In this document: positions 27,552 through 37,128 of the stretch, one piece after another
How positions within the stretch are numbered: the stretch's first letter is position 1
Layout of the letters: each line of letters opens with the position of its first letter
Virus record (IMG/VR): IMGVR_UViG_3300030098_005194
Coordinates: 1 to 64,000 of that record
Length of the DNA: 64,000 nucleotides
Strand: one strand, 5' to 3'
DNA from: a virus
Position numbers and translations under genes: made by a program
The notes under the pieces: generated by a model
Databases searched by the model: none
What the model was told of the DNA's origin: nothing
The model's input: only the letters and a program-made list of their open reading frames with translations

Positions 27552-29894
27552 ATGATTGTGGACTACTTTCATCCTGATGGGTTTTCATTAGAGGATAAGC
27601 CTCACATATATCTCAGAACAAGGGATAAGGAGGGTAATCTAAGCACGAGGATAATATCACCAGAGGAGGAAGACTACGTTCGACCTTTCTGCTGGATACC
27701 TGCGGGAACACACCCCAGAACACTAATGAGAGTGACGAGTCAGATAAGAGGAATAAGAGTCCATGACATGATTAATGCAACTGGGAAGGATGGTACTGAC
27801 TTAATCAAACTCAGTGTCGATAATCCTGAGTCCCTCTGGCAATTGAAGGACATGATGAAGACATACGAGGCCGATGTGTATTACCAAGACCAAATACTAA
27901 TGGAAATGTACCCAGATAATATACCTGAGTTCCATCCTAGAGTCTGGTACTTTGACCTTGAGTGGGATGTCAAGGAAGATTTCACAACAGTAATGGCAGT
28001 AGACGACACACACGCTGAACACCCGATTGTCTTTGCATGGAGAGAGGGGGTATCGCATAGCATAGATTGGATAGACAGAGAGGGAGGCTACATGTTGCAT
28101 CTATTTGATAGTGAACACGCTATGCACGATGCTTTCCTAAGTCACCTAGATGCCTGTGACCCTGATATTCTAGTAGCTCATGCTATTGCTTGGGCTGATT
28201 TACCACATTTAATTAGAAGACTAACTGAGCCAGATAGATTGAGCCCACTTGGTAGTGTCATCAGACCACATGTGAAGTATGGCTACAAGGAAACATCACA
28301 ACCCATACTTGGTCGCTTGATATTTGACAGTGCCGCCAAAGGTAGCACTGGGAGTGGCTTTGAGTCTCTTTGGATAAAGTCCGGTAGAGGTAACTTACCA
28401 AACAGAAAGTTGGATACGATAGCAAAGGAACTAGGATTTGATGGAAAGTTGGCAGAGGATGATGAAGGAAACAAGCTCGATGTTAGAACTTGGTGGTACA
28501 CGCACTTTGACTTGTTCGTGGATTATTGTTTACGTGACACTACGTTACTAAGAGAATGCTCTGAGAAGCTAAACACGATACCATTCTTTGTGGCTATGCA
28601 AGAGTTTTGCGGTGTGCAATGGAGAAGCACACACAATGTGTCGAATTACGCTAGAGGTTTGTTTGGTAGGTACACTGACTTGAAGGCTCCCTCTTCCTTC
28701 AGATACAATAGGGAGAAATTGAGAGCTGCAAATGTACTAAACACAAAAGCTGGTAGGCATGAGAATGTAGCTCTAGTAGACTTCGCATCACTATACCCTA
28801 GAATCATAGTAGACGGAAACCTATGTCCTACTACCAAGAGAAGGGGGCCCGGAGAGGGGGTCAGACAGTTTCCTGATGGGTCCTACTGGGACACTAAGGA
28901 AAAGGGCGTGTTGCCTACCATAGTAGATGATATGCTATCTCTGAGAAAGAAGTATAAGAAAATGATGAAAGAGGCCACAGATAAGGATGAAGCCTTCAGA
29001 TATGAGATGATGCAACTGGCGGTGAAGGTATGCACCAATGCGCTCTACGGCTATCTATCGCAATCTAAGGTGGGTGGTATGTGGACAGACCCAGATGTTG
29101 GAGCTGCAATCACAGCCATGGGTAGAGCATCGATTGATTTACTGATGGCAGAAAGTGAGAGACAGGGCTATACAGTTTTAGCCGGTCATACTGATTCTTG
29201 TTACATACAAGCGCCTTTTGAAGAGGTGGATAAATTAGTTGAGCTTTTGAATAAAACAATTAGAACCGAACTTGACCTACCAAATATGGATGTTGAGTTT
29301 GAGGCTTTCTTTGACTATTGGTTCACTACTGATGCGAAGAATAGAAATTTTGGTATCATAACTTGGCCACCTACTAAAAGTGGTTCACTAAAGGTAACTG
29401 GTTTTGAACACAAAGCTGCCAATGCATCTCCAGTTACTAGAGAAATTCAAGGCATGATATTTACAAAGATATCAGAAGGTGCGGGAGAAGATGAGATTAG
29501 TGAATTGATTAGACCAATTTCAATTTCTCTTTTGAAAGGTGAATATGAGGCAGATGAGTTGGCTCCATACGGTAGGTTAGGCAAAGAGAAATACGAAAGA
29601 GTACCACCTAACGCAGCCAAAGGGGCACTATACTACAATGAACATTTGGCCTCCACTGACCCAATAAGAGTCAATGACAGCGCTCAATGGTTGTATGTGA
29701 ATGAAGTTCCAGAAAATTTACCTTACACCAATATAGTGTCCTTTAGAAATTCAGAGGAGATTGAGGGCTTTACATTAGATTACTCTACCATGGTTGAGAA
29801 GTTTATCAGAAACAAGATAAAGCCAATCTATGAAGTTATGGAATGGGATTTGGACTATCCCTGTGGCACAAAAGTTCCAAAGAAATACTGGTGA
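27552..29894 (+). CDS. polB: family B DNA polymerase
   Basis: ExoI DLEWD, ExoIII YCLRD, motif A DFASLYP, motif B KVCTNALYG, motif C variant AGHTDS. Confidence 0.96.
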   Translation: MIVDYFHPDGFSLEDKPHIYLRTRDKEGNLSTRIISPEEEDYVRPFCWIPAGTHPRTLMRVTSQIRGIRVHDMINATGKDGTDLIKLSVDNPESLWQLKDMMKTYEADVYYQDQILMEMYPDNIPEFHPRVWYFDLEWDVKEDFTTVMAVDDTHAEHPIVFAWREGVSHSIDWIDREGGYMLHLFDSEHAMHDAFLSHLDACDPDILVAHAIAWADLPHLIRRLTEPDRLSPLGSVIRPHVKYGYKETSQPILGRLIFDSAAKGSTGSGFESLWIKSGRGNLPNRKLDTIAKELGFDGKLAEDDEGNKLDVRTWWYTHFDLFVDYCLRDTTLLRECSEKLNTIPFFVAMQEFCGVQWRSTHNVSNYARGLFGRYTDLKAPSSFRYNREKLRAANVLNTKAGRHENVALVDFASLYPRIIVDGNLCPTTKRRGPGEGVRQFPDGSYWDTKEKGVLPTIVDDMLSLRKKYKKMMKEATDKDEAFRYEMMQLAVKVCTNALYGYLSQSKVGGMWTDPDVGAAITAMGRASIDLLMAESERQGYTVLAGHTDSCYIQAPFEEVDKLVELLNKTIRTELDLPNMDVEFEAFFDYWFTTDAKNRNFGIITWPPTKSGSLKVTGFEHKAANASPVTREIQGMIFTKISEGAGEDEISELIRPISISLLKGEYEADELAPYGRLGKEKYERVPPNAAKGALYYNEHLASTDPIRVNDSAQWLYVNEVPENLPYTNIVSFRNSEEIEGFTLDYSTMVEKFIRNKIKPIYEVMEWDLDYPCGTKVPKKYW

Positions 29895-29899
29895 TTACA

Positions 29900-30913
29900 A
29901 TGACTACTCTATACAAGTATAATCCTAATGAAAATACTTTCACCGAGTCTTCAGACTTCGATGATGAGCTTTTGTTGAAATCGTATGAAGAGAGCAGTTA
30001 CAAGTGGCCAGTAGAAGGTAAAAAACTTAGAATGACAAAATCCACGATAAGTGCATACGAGTGGTGTCCCTACCAATATTTCCTAACCTATGTAATGGGA
30101 CAGAGGGGTGAGGAAACAGAGGCTATGGTTAGAGGTACTAACGTACATAATGTGGTTGAATACTTCTGGCATAAAGTAGATGATGCCATGGATGAAATAA
30201 AGGAGTTGTTAGATGATGACAAACCAGCGATGGCTAGAGAAAAACTCAAAAAACTATTTCCATATCCAGAAGAAGGCTATCACCACAATGAAGAGGTTGT
30301 CATAGACCAGTGGTTTGAGTGGCAATGGGCAAGACTGCTAGTGTGCCATGAGAGCGACATGATTGACTCTTGGAAACCTGTGGGAAATGAGGTTGAAGTA
30401 CATGCTGAAACGACTGTAGAACACGAAGGAAAGATGTATCCTGTGCATCTGAAAGGTTACGTGGATAGAATATTTTCAGATGGGGATGGAGGTTACATAC
30501 TCATGGAATTAAAAACAGGAAAGTGGAAGGAAGCCCCTTACAAATACAGCTCGATGAGATTAGAGATGGAGTTCTACAAGAACATGATTACCTTAGCACA
30601 GAGAGACGAATTTCTCCCTGTTACCCACTGGGCTTGGGAGTATCCATACGGTCAAGTCAATGGTGGTGATGGAGCTGATTGGATAATAGAAGAAACAAAA
30701 ACAAAATCCAAGTATGCCCAGAGGTCACTGGAAAAGAAGATGAAAAAATTACTCAAAGCACATATTGAGCAGGACTTCCCACCAGTCCATAAGGATACAT
30801 GCAGTAAATGGTGTAGGTGTCAGAGTGTGCAGTGCGCTTGGTGTGACTTCGTTCACATATGCCCAGCGTGGAAATCAGATAAATTCCTCATTGAAGAGGA
30901 GGTAAAAACATGA
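29900..30913 (+). CDS. Cas4/RecB-like PD-(D/E)xK exonuclease with Cys cluster
   Basis: WCPYQ, GTNVH, KGYVDR, ELKTGK, CAWCDFVHIC. Confidence 0.85.
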   Translation: MTTLYKYNPNENTFTESSDFDDELLLKSYEESSYKWPVEGKKLRMTKSTISAYEWCPYQYFLTYVMGQRGEETEAMVRGTNVHNVVEYFWHKVDDAMDEIKELLDDDKPAMAREKLKKLFPYPEEGYHHNEEVVIDQWFEWQWARLLVCHESDMIDSWKPVGNEVEVHAETTVEHEGKMYPVHLKGYVDRIFSDGDGGYILMELKTGKWKEAPYKYSSMRLEMEFYKNMITLAQRDEFLPVTHWAWEYPYGQVNGGDGADWIIEETKTKSKYAQRSLEKKMKKLLKAHIEQDFPPVHKDTCSKWCRCQSVQCAWCDFVHICPAWKSDKFLIEEEVKT

Positions 30914-31215
30914 ATGAAAAAGAAAACTATAAGGAAATGCTGAAAGAAACTGAGAATTGGATAAACAAAAGGGTGATGTCTGAAGATATCATGCTGAGAG
31001 GAGAATTACCTAGAGTGAATGTCTATCTCTCTATGATGGGTGTCAAAGGTGATATGCTGAGAGTGGTGAATGGTTACCAGCATACTCTTGATGGTGGTGG
31101 TTTTGCTGCTTTCGATGTGGCTGTAAATCCTGTGGCTTTTGTCAAATACGGAAAATCAGCTCCAGAAGTCATAGGTAATGAAGCCATAGAGAAGTACAAG
31201 AAACTCACTAAGTAG
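30910..31215 (+). CDS. hypothetical protein
   Basis: ATGA coupling; GGAGGT SD. Confidence 0.7.
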   Translation: MNEKENYKEMLKETENWINKRVMSEDIMLRGELPRVNVYLSMMGVKGDMLRVVNGYQHTLDGGGFAAFDVAVNPVAFVKYGKSAPEVIGNEAIEKYKKLTK

Positions 31216-31223
31216 GTGCTTGC

Positions 31224-32318
31224 TTGTCGTTCGTTTATCTGGATTATCCCAGAGAGGTTTTAGAGATAGGCTCCAATGTCCAAAAGGGATACAGGAGAAT
31301 AGTAAACAACTCTGAGGAACTCAGAAAGTATTGGAATGGAAAGAATGGCATAAGTAACATTTACTTCACAGCGTACGGTTACAGGGGTACCACTCCACCA
31401 AGACATCATAGAGTCGATTACAACACACCAGTGATAAGACATTTTGTGATGGATTTTGATTGTAAAGACTTTACACAAAGACAAGTTGACGTTGAGTTCT
31501 CCTTCATGCATGAGCAGGTCAAGAGATTACACAAACACTTTCTTGTCAATGATATATCTCATTACATTTGGTTTAGTGGAGGGGGTTTTCATGTTTGGGT
31601 ACCGCTAGAACAAACTCTGATGCCTAACAATGGATATGAAGTATCCAGAATAAAAGACGGAGGAAAGAGGCTGATAATGAAATGGCACAAGCTGTTGAAC
31701 ATATCATGTAATGACCCTACTGTGGCTTTTGATACGGCTGGTATGATTAGAATACCAAACTCTTACAACATGAGAAGAGGCTGTTGGAGCATACCGTTAG
31801 AAACTAATGAGTTGATAGAATTAGACCAATATGAGTTACTAGACTTAGCTCAGGAACCTAGAGAGGGTTACATATTACATGGTAACAATCCAATAAAATT
31901 AGAGTTGCCGAAAAGAAAGAAGGCTGGTTTAGTCAAGAAAAGAAAAATGATTGACCTACCAGATGTGTCTTTCGATAAATTATTGATTCTACCTTGTTTA
32001 GTGCAAGCTGCTCTTGGAGAGGGCAATCCTACACACAAAGCCAGATTTCATCTGGCAAATTATTTAGCCGCACGTTTGAGATTTTTCTTTTCACCTGAAT
32101 CTGTCAATGATGAGGATAAACAAGAACATGTAGAAAAGATAGTGAGTTTATGCTCTCAGCAAGGCTGGGTTGACTTCGATAAAGGAATTACAACTACACA
32201 GGTAAAAAGTATAGTAAATGGGGGATATTCAATGAGTACATGCAAGACACTGATAAACGAAGGGATGTGTACAGGTATCTGCCGCTATTATGATGGAACG
32301 GCGGAGGACATACTATGA
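31224..32318 (+). CDS. archaeo-eukaryotic primase, PriS catalytic domain fused to a PriL-like C-terminal domain
   Basis: VMDFD, FSGGGFH, RIPNSYN; C-terminal LPC...HKARF...YSMSTC...GMCTGIC. Confidence 0.85.
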   Translation: MSFVYLDYPREVLEIGSNVQKGYRRIVNNSEELRKYWNGKNGISNIYFTAYGYRGTTPPRHHRVDYNTPVIRHFVMDFDCKDFTQRQVDVEFSFMHEQVKRLHKHFLVNDISHYIWFSGGGFHVWVPLEQTLMPNNGYEVSRIKDGGKRLIMKWHKLLNISCNDPTVAFDTAGMIRIPNSYNMRRGCWSIPLETNELIELDQYELLDLAQEPREGYILHGNNPIKLELPKRKKAGLVKKRKMIDLPDVSFDKLLILPCLVQAALGEGNPTHKARFHLANYLAARLRFFFSPESVNDEDKQEHVEKIVSLCSQQGWVDFDKGITTTQVKSIVNGGYSMSTCKTLINEGMCTGICRYYDGTAEDIL

Positions 32319-32491
32319 ATGGGAATGAGTATAGGAAATTAGTGAAAGAAGGTAACTGTACAATCTGTGGAGTAGAAATGACGGTCAAGAACACGGTTGG
32401 TAGATTTTTCAAAGAAAGCAACATAAAGAGATGTGGAAAATGTTACTTGGAATGGAAGAGGATGGAGAGAAAGAAGAATGCCGAAACCTGA
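32315..32491 (+). CDS. 58-aa Zn-finger microprotein (not in the ORF track)
   Basis: MNGNEYRKLVKEGNCTICG...RCGKCY...; ATGA overlap with the primase gene. Confidence 0.65.
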   Translation: MNGNEYRKLVKEGNCTICGVEMTVKNTVGRFFKESNIKRCGKCYLEWKRMERKKNAET

Positions 32492-33176
32492 CTTAATCAT
32501 AGACAGCAACGAAAGGGGTTCATTGTGTGACTCCGTAATAAGAAAAGCAAACAAAGAGGGACTCACTGTTATCAGAAAGGCTCTCATGGTGGGTGACTAT
32601 CTATTAGGTGAGGCATGTATAGAGGCAAAGAGTATCAATGACTTATTTCTGTCTAGCCATAGTGGTCATCTTTGGAGACAACTAGAAAATATGGATGCAA
32701 ATTATCCTAGATTCTTTTTAGTGGTTCATGGCTCAATTTCAAAATATGTAGCCATGGCAAAAAACTCAGGAAGACAAACCACTTATTCCAGAGTGCAAAA
32801 TGAACTCATGGGCACCATAGCTCGTATCATGGCTGACTTTGAGTGCCAAGTTTTCTTCACTGAGAATCACTCAGAGGCAGCCATGTTCATAGTGAAGTTG
32901 CATAACAAGCTACACAAACCAGCCTCAAGTCATGGTGCGAGAGCCATTAGGAGAGTAAGCACAAATGATGTGAGATTGGATGTTCTGCTATCTATACCCG
33001 GTATAGGTAGGGAGATAGGAGAAAGAATGCTGGAGGAGTGTGGGTCAATAGAAGAAATGCTATTCCCTGAATCACTGAGAATGGTTAAGGGACTAGGAGA
33101 GGTAATGAGAACTAGAGTGGTGAACGTGTTTACCAGTGAGGAACCAGTCTTCGTAGAAAGAAGAATAAAAAGATGA
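32478..33176 (+). CDS. XPF/ERCC4-family structure-specific nuclease with HhH2
   Basis: IIDSNE, VGDY, IEAKS, GHLWRQL; HhH motifs IPGIG and VKGLG. Confidence 0.88.
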   Translation: MPKPDLIIDSNERGSLCDSVIRKANKEGLTVIRKALMVGDYLLGEACIEAKSINDLFLSSHSGHLWRQLENMDANYPRFFLVVHGSISKYVAMAKNSGRQTTYSRVQNELMGTIARIMADFECQVFFTENHSEAAMFIVKLHNKLHKPASSHGARAIRRVSTNDVRLDVLLSIPGIGREIGERMLEECGSIEEMLFPESLRMVKGLGEVMRTRVVNVFTSEEPVFVERRIKR

Positions 33177-33194
33177 TATTTTGTTGTTTTCGGC

Positions 33195-33211
33195 TTATAA
33201 AAAAGACTTGA
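33195..33211 (+). promoter_or_regulatory. degenerate copy of the conserved promoter, after a T-rich tract
   Basis: TTATAAAAAAGACTTGA, 13/17 match, in the intergenic gap before the helicase gene. Confidence 0.35.
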
Positions 33212-33278
33212 TAAATCCATGTTTCCAATATATTCTCATACACAATATACATAAGCTGACCTATGTAGGGGTCAAATT

Positions 33279-34676
33279 ATGAGAAACGCGAAGGATTATC
33301 AAGCAGCAAAGAGGTTCCCGATATTCAAGGGATACATTGACCATTTTAATGAGACTTCCATAGATAATGACATACCGGGAATGCTTTCTTTTTTCTTTAT
33401 TCAAGGACAAATAGCCGTGCCATATGTCAGAATACCTTGGGGACCTGCCCATCTTGACCCCAGAAACCACGTCTTTTGGATTCAGTCGAGTAGGACTGGT
33501 AAATCGATTGCTTGGGAATTCATAGGAGACATCCTGAGAGACGTGGGCGTACCTTCCGATTTGTACACCACCGGAACCGATGCAGGGCTCATCGGTGGTT
33601 TTGAGATGGAGGAGGATGAGGATGGCAATAAGCAAGCGATTCTGAAAGAAGGAATGTTGACTGGAAGAAAAGCACTCAACTTCGATGAGGGTTCAATCAT
33701 ATTGAATCCGAATAAACACAGTCAGGAAACCGTGTTGTATCTACAATCCGCTTGTAATCCAGTAGGTAGTAATAATAACAAACTGGTGAAGCACACCAAA
33801 CTTGGTAGAATAGAGACAGAATCTCTAGTGTCACTTTGGATTACGACTTATCCTCCCAGCGGCGTGAAGGAATACGTACTTACTAGAGGTATTTTCCAAA
33901 GAGTGTTGTTGTACTGGAGTCATTGGAACACGGATAGGAGAAAGGCGGTCAGCATGATAAGAGCTGAGAGTGCTTTCAAGAGAACTCCCCCAATGGAGAT
34001 TTCATATGAAGACATAACAGATTACTTCAATGCCTTGGACAAGAGACTTAGGAACAGAGTTCTGTCTGTCACTGAAACTCCTTTCGTAGAGTGGGATGGT
34101 ATGTCTAGAGAAGAGCAAGAGTCCCTAATACAATCGGCTATGACTGAAGTTTTCAAAGCAGATGAGGGAACTTTCTATCCGGCGCTCAGAGACGCGATTG
34201 ACGATTATTACAGTCTTTTATCGGGGTTAAACCCCAGTATTATGGAGGTAGTTGCGTCATTCGTACCTGCCATGGAGAACAACACCATAATTTTCGCAAC
34301 TCACATGGCTATGCTAGATGAATCTTGGATTGTAAAGGGTGAACATGTAGACATGGCTAAGGATATCCTCTATGATATTTTCAAGAATCTCATACTTTGG
34401 TTGGAAGATGAAGTTAACATTGGACCCAAAACTCAAGAGAAGGCAGCGCAGAGAGGAAAGTGGGCGACTGCTTATCATCAAGTTGAAGGCATTGACCTTG
34501 GTAATAGAGGCGATGGCTGGAAAGCAAAAACCAAAGTTCTCAAAATCTATGAAACTCAAAATGATTGTTCTAGGGGTAGTGCCTACAATAACTTTGAAAG
34601 ATGGGGCGAACCCATGTTTGATAACGCAAAGGACGGTAGAGTAGCGTTTATCAGATTGAAGGAGAACTTAGAATGA
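33279..34676 (+). CDS. MCM-like AAA+ replicative helicase (short form)
   Basis: Walker A SSRTGKS, TDAGLIG, KEGML, Walker B LNFDEG, GIFQR arginine-finger-like. Confidence 0.75.
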   Translation: MRNAKDYQAAKRFPIFKGYIDHFNETSIDNDIPGMLSFFFIQGQIAVPYVRIPWGPAHLDPRNHVFWIQSSRTGKSIAWEFIGDILRDVGVPSDLYTTGTDAGLIGGFEMEEDEDGNKQAILKEGMLTGRKALNFDEGSIILNPNKHSQETVLYLQSACNPVGSNNNKLVKHTKLGRIETESLVSLWITTYPPSGVKEYVLTRGIFQRVLLYWSHWNTDRRKAVSMIRAESAFKRTPPMEISYEDITDYFNALDKRLRNRVLSVTETPFVEWDGMSREEQESLIQSAMTEVFKADEGTFYPALRDAIDDYYSLLSGLNPSIMEVVASFVPAMENNTIIFATHMAMLDESWIVKGEHVDMAKDILYDIFKNLILWLEDEVNIGPKTQEKAAQRGKWATAYHQVEGIDLGNRGDGWKAKTKVLKIYETQNDCSRGSAYNNFERWGEPMFDNAKDGRVAFIRLKENLE

Positions 34677-35284
34677 GTGACATATTAGCATTAGACATAG
34701 AAACCAGCAATTATTCGTGGGAAATAGGAGGTTGGAACAATCTCTCTCTTTTTGAGCCAACAGTGGTAGCAACTTGGGATGGAGAGAATGGAAACATATT
34801 CAGTAAAGAGGATTCCGTAACTGTTGAAAATATGAAAACACATGAGTTACATCCACAAATTTTAGGTGATTTTCTACAAGAACACATAGAAAAAGGGGGT
34901 AAAATTTTGGGTCACAATATAATTAGTTTTGACCTACCTGTGATAAGAGACGCTTTAGATTGTTGGGCAGCTAGAGATGTTCTGGGAAAAAGCGAGCAAA
35001 TTATTGACACTAAGATTCTTTTTAGGAAGGCTTCCTTCTCCTATGGAAAATTACTTTCTTCTCTATCTGAGCTTGCCAAACATAACTTAGGGCAAGAAAA
35101 AATGATGCAGAGCGAAGATGCTCCCATCGCTTGGAGAGAAGGAAGATATAACGAAGTGGCAGAATACTGTCTAAAAGATGCACAACTCACCTATGATTTG
35201 TATATGATGGGGCGTGAAAACTGCATGCTCAAATCCAGATGCAAAGAAACTGGTGACATAAAAGAAGTAGAATTGGAGTGGTAA
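34673..35284 (+). CDS. DEDD / RNase H-like 3'-5' exonuclease
   Basis: ALDIET, GHNIISFD, EYCLKD. Confidence 0.85.
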   Translation: MSDILALDIETSNYSWEIGGWNNLSLFEPTVVATWDGENGNIFSKEDSVTVENMKTHELHPQILGDFLQEHIEKGGKILGHNIISFDLPVIRDALDCWAARDVLGKSEQIIDTKILFRKASFSYGKLLSSLSELAKHNLGQEKMMQSEDAPIAWREGRYNEVAEYCLKDAQLTYDLYMMGRENCMLKSRCKETGDIKEVELEW

Positions 35285-35286
35285 AA

Positions 35287-35454
35287 ATGGATATTACGGA
35301 AGAAATAAAATTGAAAAAAGGATTGCACGAACTTTTGGTCTTAGTCACTCAAGGTTCAGCTTTGAGCGACATACAAAGAAACGCATCGAGAATTGCTGTT
35401 GAGGTTGGATGGCCATTCTATCCGTGGGAGAAAAATGGAGATGAGGAAGAATGA
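35287..35454 (+). CDS. 55-aa hypothetical protein (not in the ORF track)
   Basis: [17 protein letters not shown]...GDEEE; ATGA overlap with the chaperonin gene. Confidence 0.6.
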   Translation: MDITEEIKLKKGLHELLVLVTQGSALSDIQRNASRIAVEVGWPFYPWEKNGDEEE

Positions 35455-36971
35455 GTGAGGAAAGAATAGACCCTCTACATAACAATATCAGAGCAGCTAG
35501 AGCGATAGTCAACACAGTTAGAACAACTCTTGGCCCAAGAGGTCGGGATAAGATGATGGTAGACGCTAGTGGGGACGCCATAATAACGAATGATGGTGCG
35601 ACTATTCTTAGAGAAATTGAGGCAGCACACCCTGCGGCTAAAATGATTATCGATATCAGTAAGACCCAAGAGAGTCTATGTTACGATGGGACTACCAGCA
35701 CAGTCGTTCTAGCGGGACAGATGTTAGCTGACTCAGAGAATCTCTTCAGCAAAGGAGTGCATCCTTCTTTAGTATGCGATGGCTATAACAAAGCAGCAAG
35801 AATGGCTGTTGAATATTTAGATGAGGTTCTCTCAAGAGACGCTGAAGAAGGAGATTTGGAAAAGGTAGCAGAAACTGCAATATCTGGAAAAACATTAGCA
35901 GCAGCTAAAGACATAGTTTCACAACTTTGTGTAGAAGCAGTAAAGATAGCAGGTGATGCTGATAGCGTCAAAGTATTGACATTCCCCGGAGGGGCATTGA
36001 CCGACTCGCATTTGTTCAAAGGTGTAGTTGTGAACAAGGATTACTCAATAGAAATAGAAGTGCCAAAAGAAACTAGAGTTCTACTGTGTATGAGTGGTTT
36101 AGAATATAATAAAGATGAAAGAATACAATTTAATGTAAGTAATATGGAAGACTATTCTAAGTTCAAGTCTCAATCTAAAAATAGAAAAGAGCAACACGAT
36201 TTAGCTAAGGCTATTGTGGAAAAATTACCAGAAGGAGGGGTTTTATTCACTAGGGACAATGTAGATGAAGCGATACTGGCATATCTACACAAACATAACA
36301 TAGGTGTAGTAAAAAGAAATCAAGAAAGCATAATGAGAGCCTTGTCTTCTGCTTTAGGCGCCAACATAGCTCATTCAGTACAAGATTTAGAAGATGCAGT
36401 AGATTGTCAAATAGTTAGAACCAAGCATAATGACATACACTATTTGTTTGTGCAGGGAGAGGTCGAGTCAAAGCAATCTACACTGATTGTTAGAGGTGCA
36501 AGTCATACGACTCTGGATGAAGTAGAGAGAGGTTTTGACGACGCCTTGGGGGTTGTCTCATTAGTCATGAATGGTGGTAAGGTTGTTTCTGGTGGTGGTT
36601 CTACATATGCAGCCATAGCTAGTCATTTGAGAACACAAGCTCCAAAGGTAGAAGGTATGGAACAAATGGCAGTGAATTCCTTTGCAGATACATTGGAAAT
36701 AATACCAGCTACAATAGGCGAGGTTGCTGGACACACGCCTTTGAATTGCATATTTGCTTTGAGACATGCTATATCAGAGGGCAAATTAACAATGGGCCCT
36801 GATGTAGAAAAAATAAATCAAATCGTAGATATGAATGATTTGGGCGTTATAGAACCAGCTCAATTAATCAGACAGTCTATACTAAGCGCCACAGAGGTAA
36901 CAACAGCGATACTCAAAATAGATGATATAGTTGTAAAAAGGGGCAATGGTGATGGGCAGACTCACGGATAA
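35451..36971 (+). CDS. ths: group II chaperonin (thermosome subunit)
   Basis: [29 protein letters not shown]...DEVER..DDA, GGG, VIEP, ILKIDD. Confidence 0.95.
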   Translation: MSEERIDPLHNNIRAARAIVNTVRTTLGPRGRDKMMVDASGDAIITNDGATILREIEAAHPAAKMIIDISKTQESLCYDGTTSTVVLAGQMLADSENLFSKGVHPSLVCDGYNKAARMAVEYLDEVLSRDAEEGDLEKVAETAISGKTLAAAKDIVSQLCVEAVKIAGDADSVKVLTFPGGALTDSHLFKGVVVNKDYSIEIEVPKETRVLLCMSGLEYNKDERIQFNVSNMEDYSKFKSQSKNRKEQHDLAKAIVEKLPEGGVLFTRDNVDEAILAYLHKHNIGVVKRNQESIMRALSSALGANIAHSVQDLEDAVDCQIVRTKHNDIHYLFVQGEVESKQSTLIVRGASHTTLDEVERGFDDALGVVSLVMNGGKVVSGGGSTYAAIASHLRTQAPKVEGMEQMAVNSFADTLEIIPATIGEVAGHTPLNCIFALRHAISEGKLTMGPDVEKINQIVDMNDLGVIEPAQLIRQSILSATEVTTAILKIDDIVVKRGNGDGQTHG

Positions 36972-37122
36972 ATTGAATGTGTCTTGTAGAAACTGCAATC
37001 ACAAACACATACCTCGTAGACTGACTGCTAGGTATCATGATGGATTTAGAAAAAGAATACATCTTTGGGAATGTAGGGAATGTAAACATATTTGGAAGGA
37101 TACTGCTTTTTTGAAGAGATGA
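36952..37122 (+). CDS. 56-aa Zn-ribbon protein, TFS/Rpb9 C-ribbon-like (not in the ORF track)
   Basis: CRNC-x25-CRECKHIWK. Confidence 0.6.
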   Translation: MGRLTDKLNVSCRNCNHKHIPRRLTARYHDGFRKRIHLWECRECKHIWKDTAFLKR

Positions 37123-37128
37123 TATTTT

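Noticed and set aside
29900-30913. Cas4-like gene as part of a CRISPR-Cas system
   Set aside because: No repeat-spacer array or other cas genes seen; solo Cas4-like nucleases are common in viral replication modules
22899-34676. Inteins or introns in RFC, PolB or the helicase
   Set aside because: Protein lengths and motif spacing leave no room for insertions
1609-36767. Numerous minus-strand ORFs opposite the + strand genes (for example 1609-2202, 5145-5765, 9226-9939)
   Set aside because: Antisense shadows of motif-bearing, translationally coupled + strand genes
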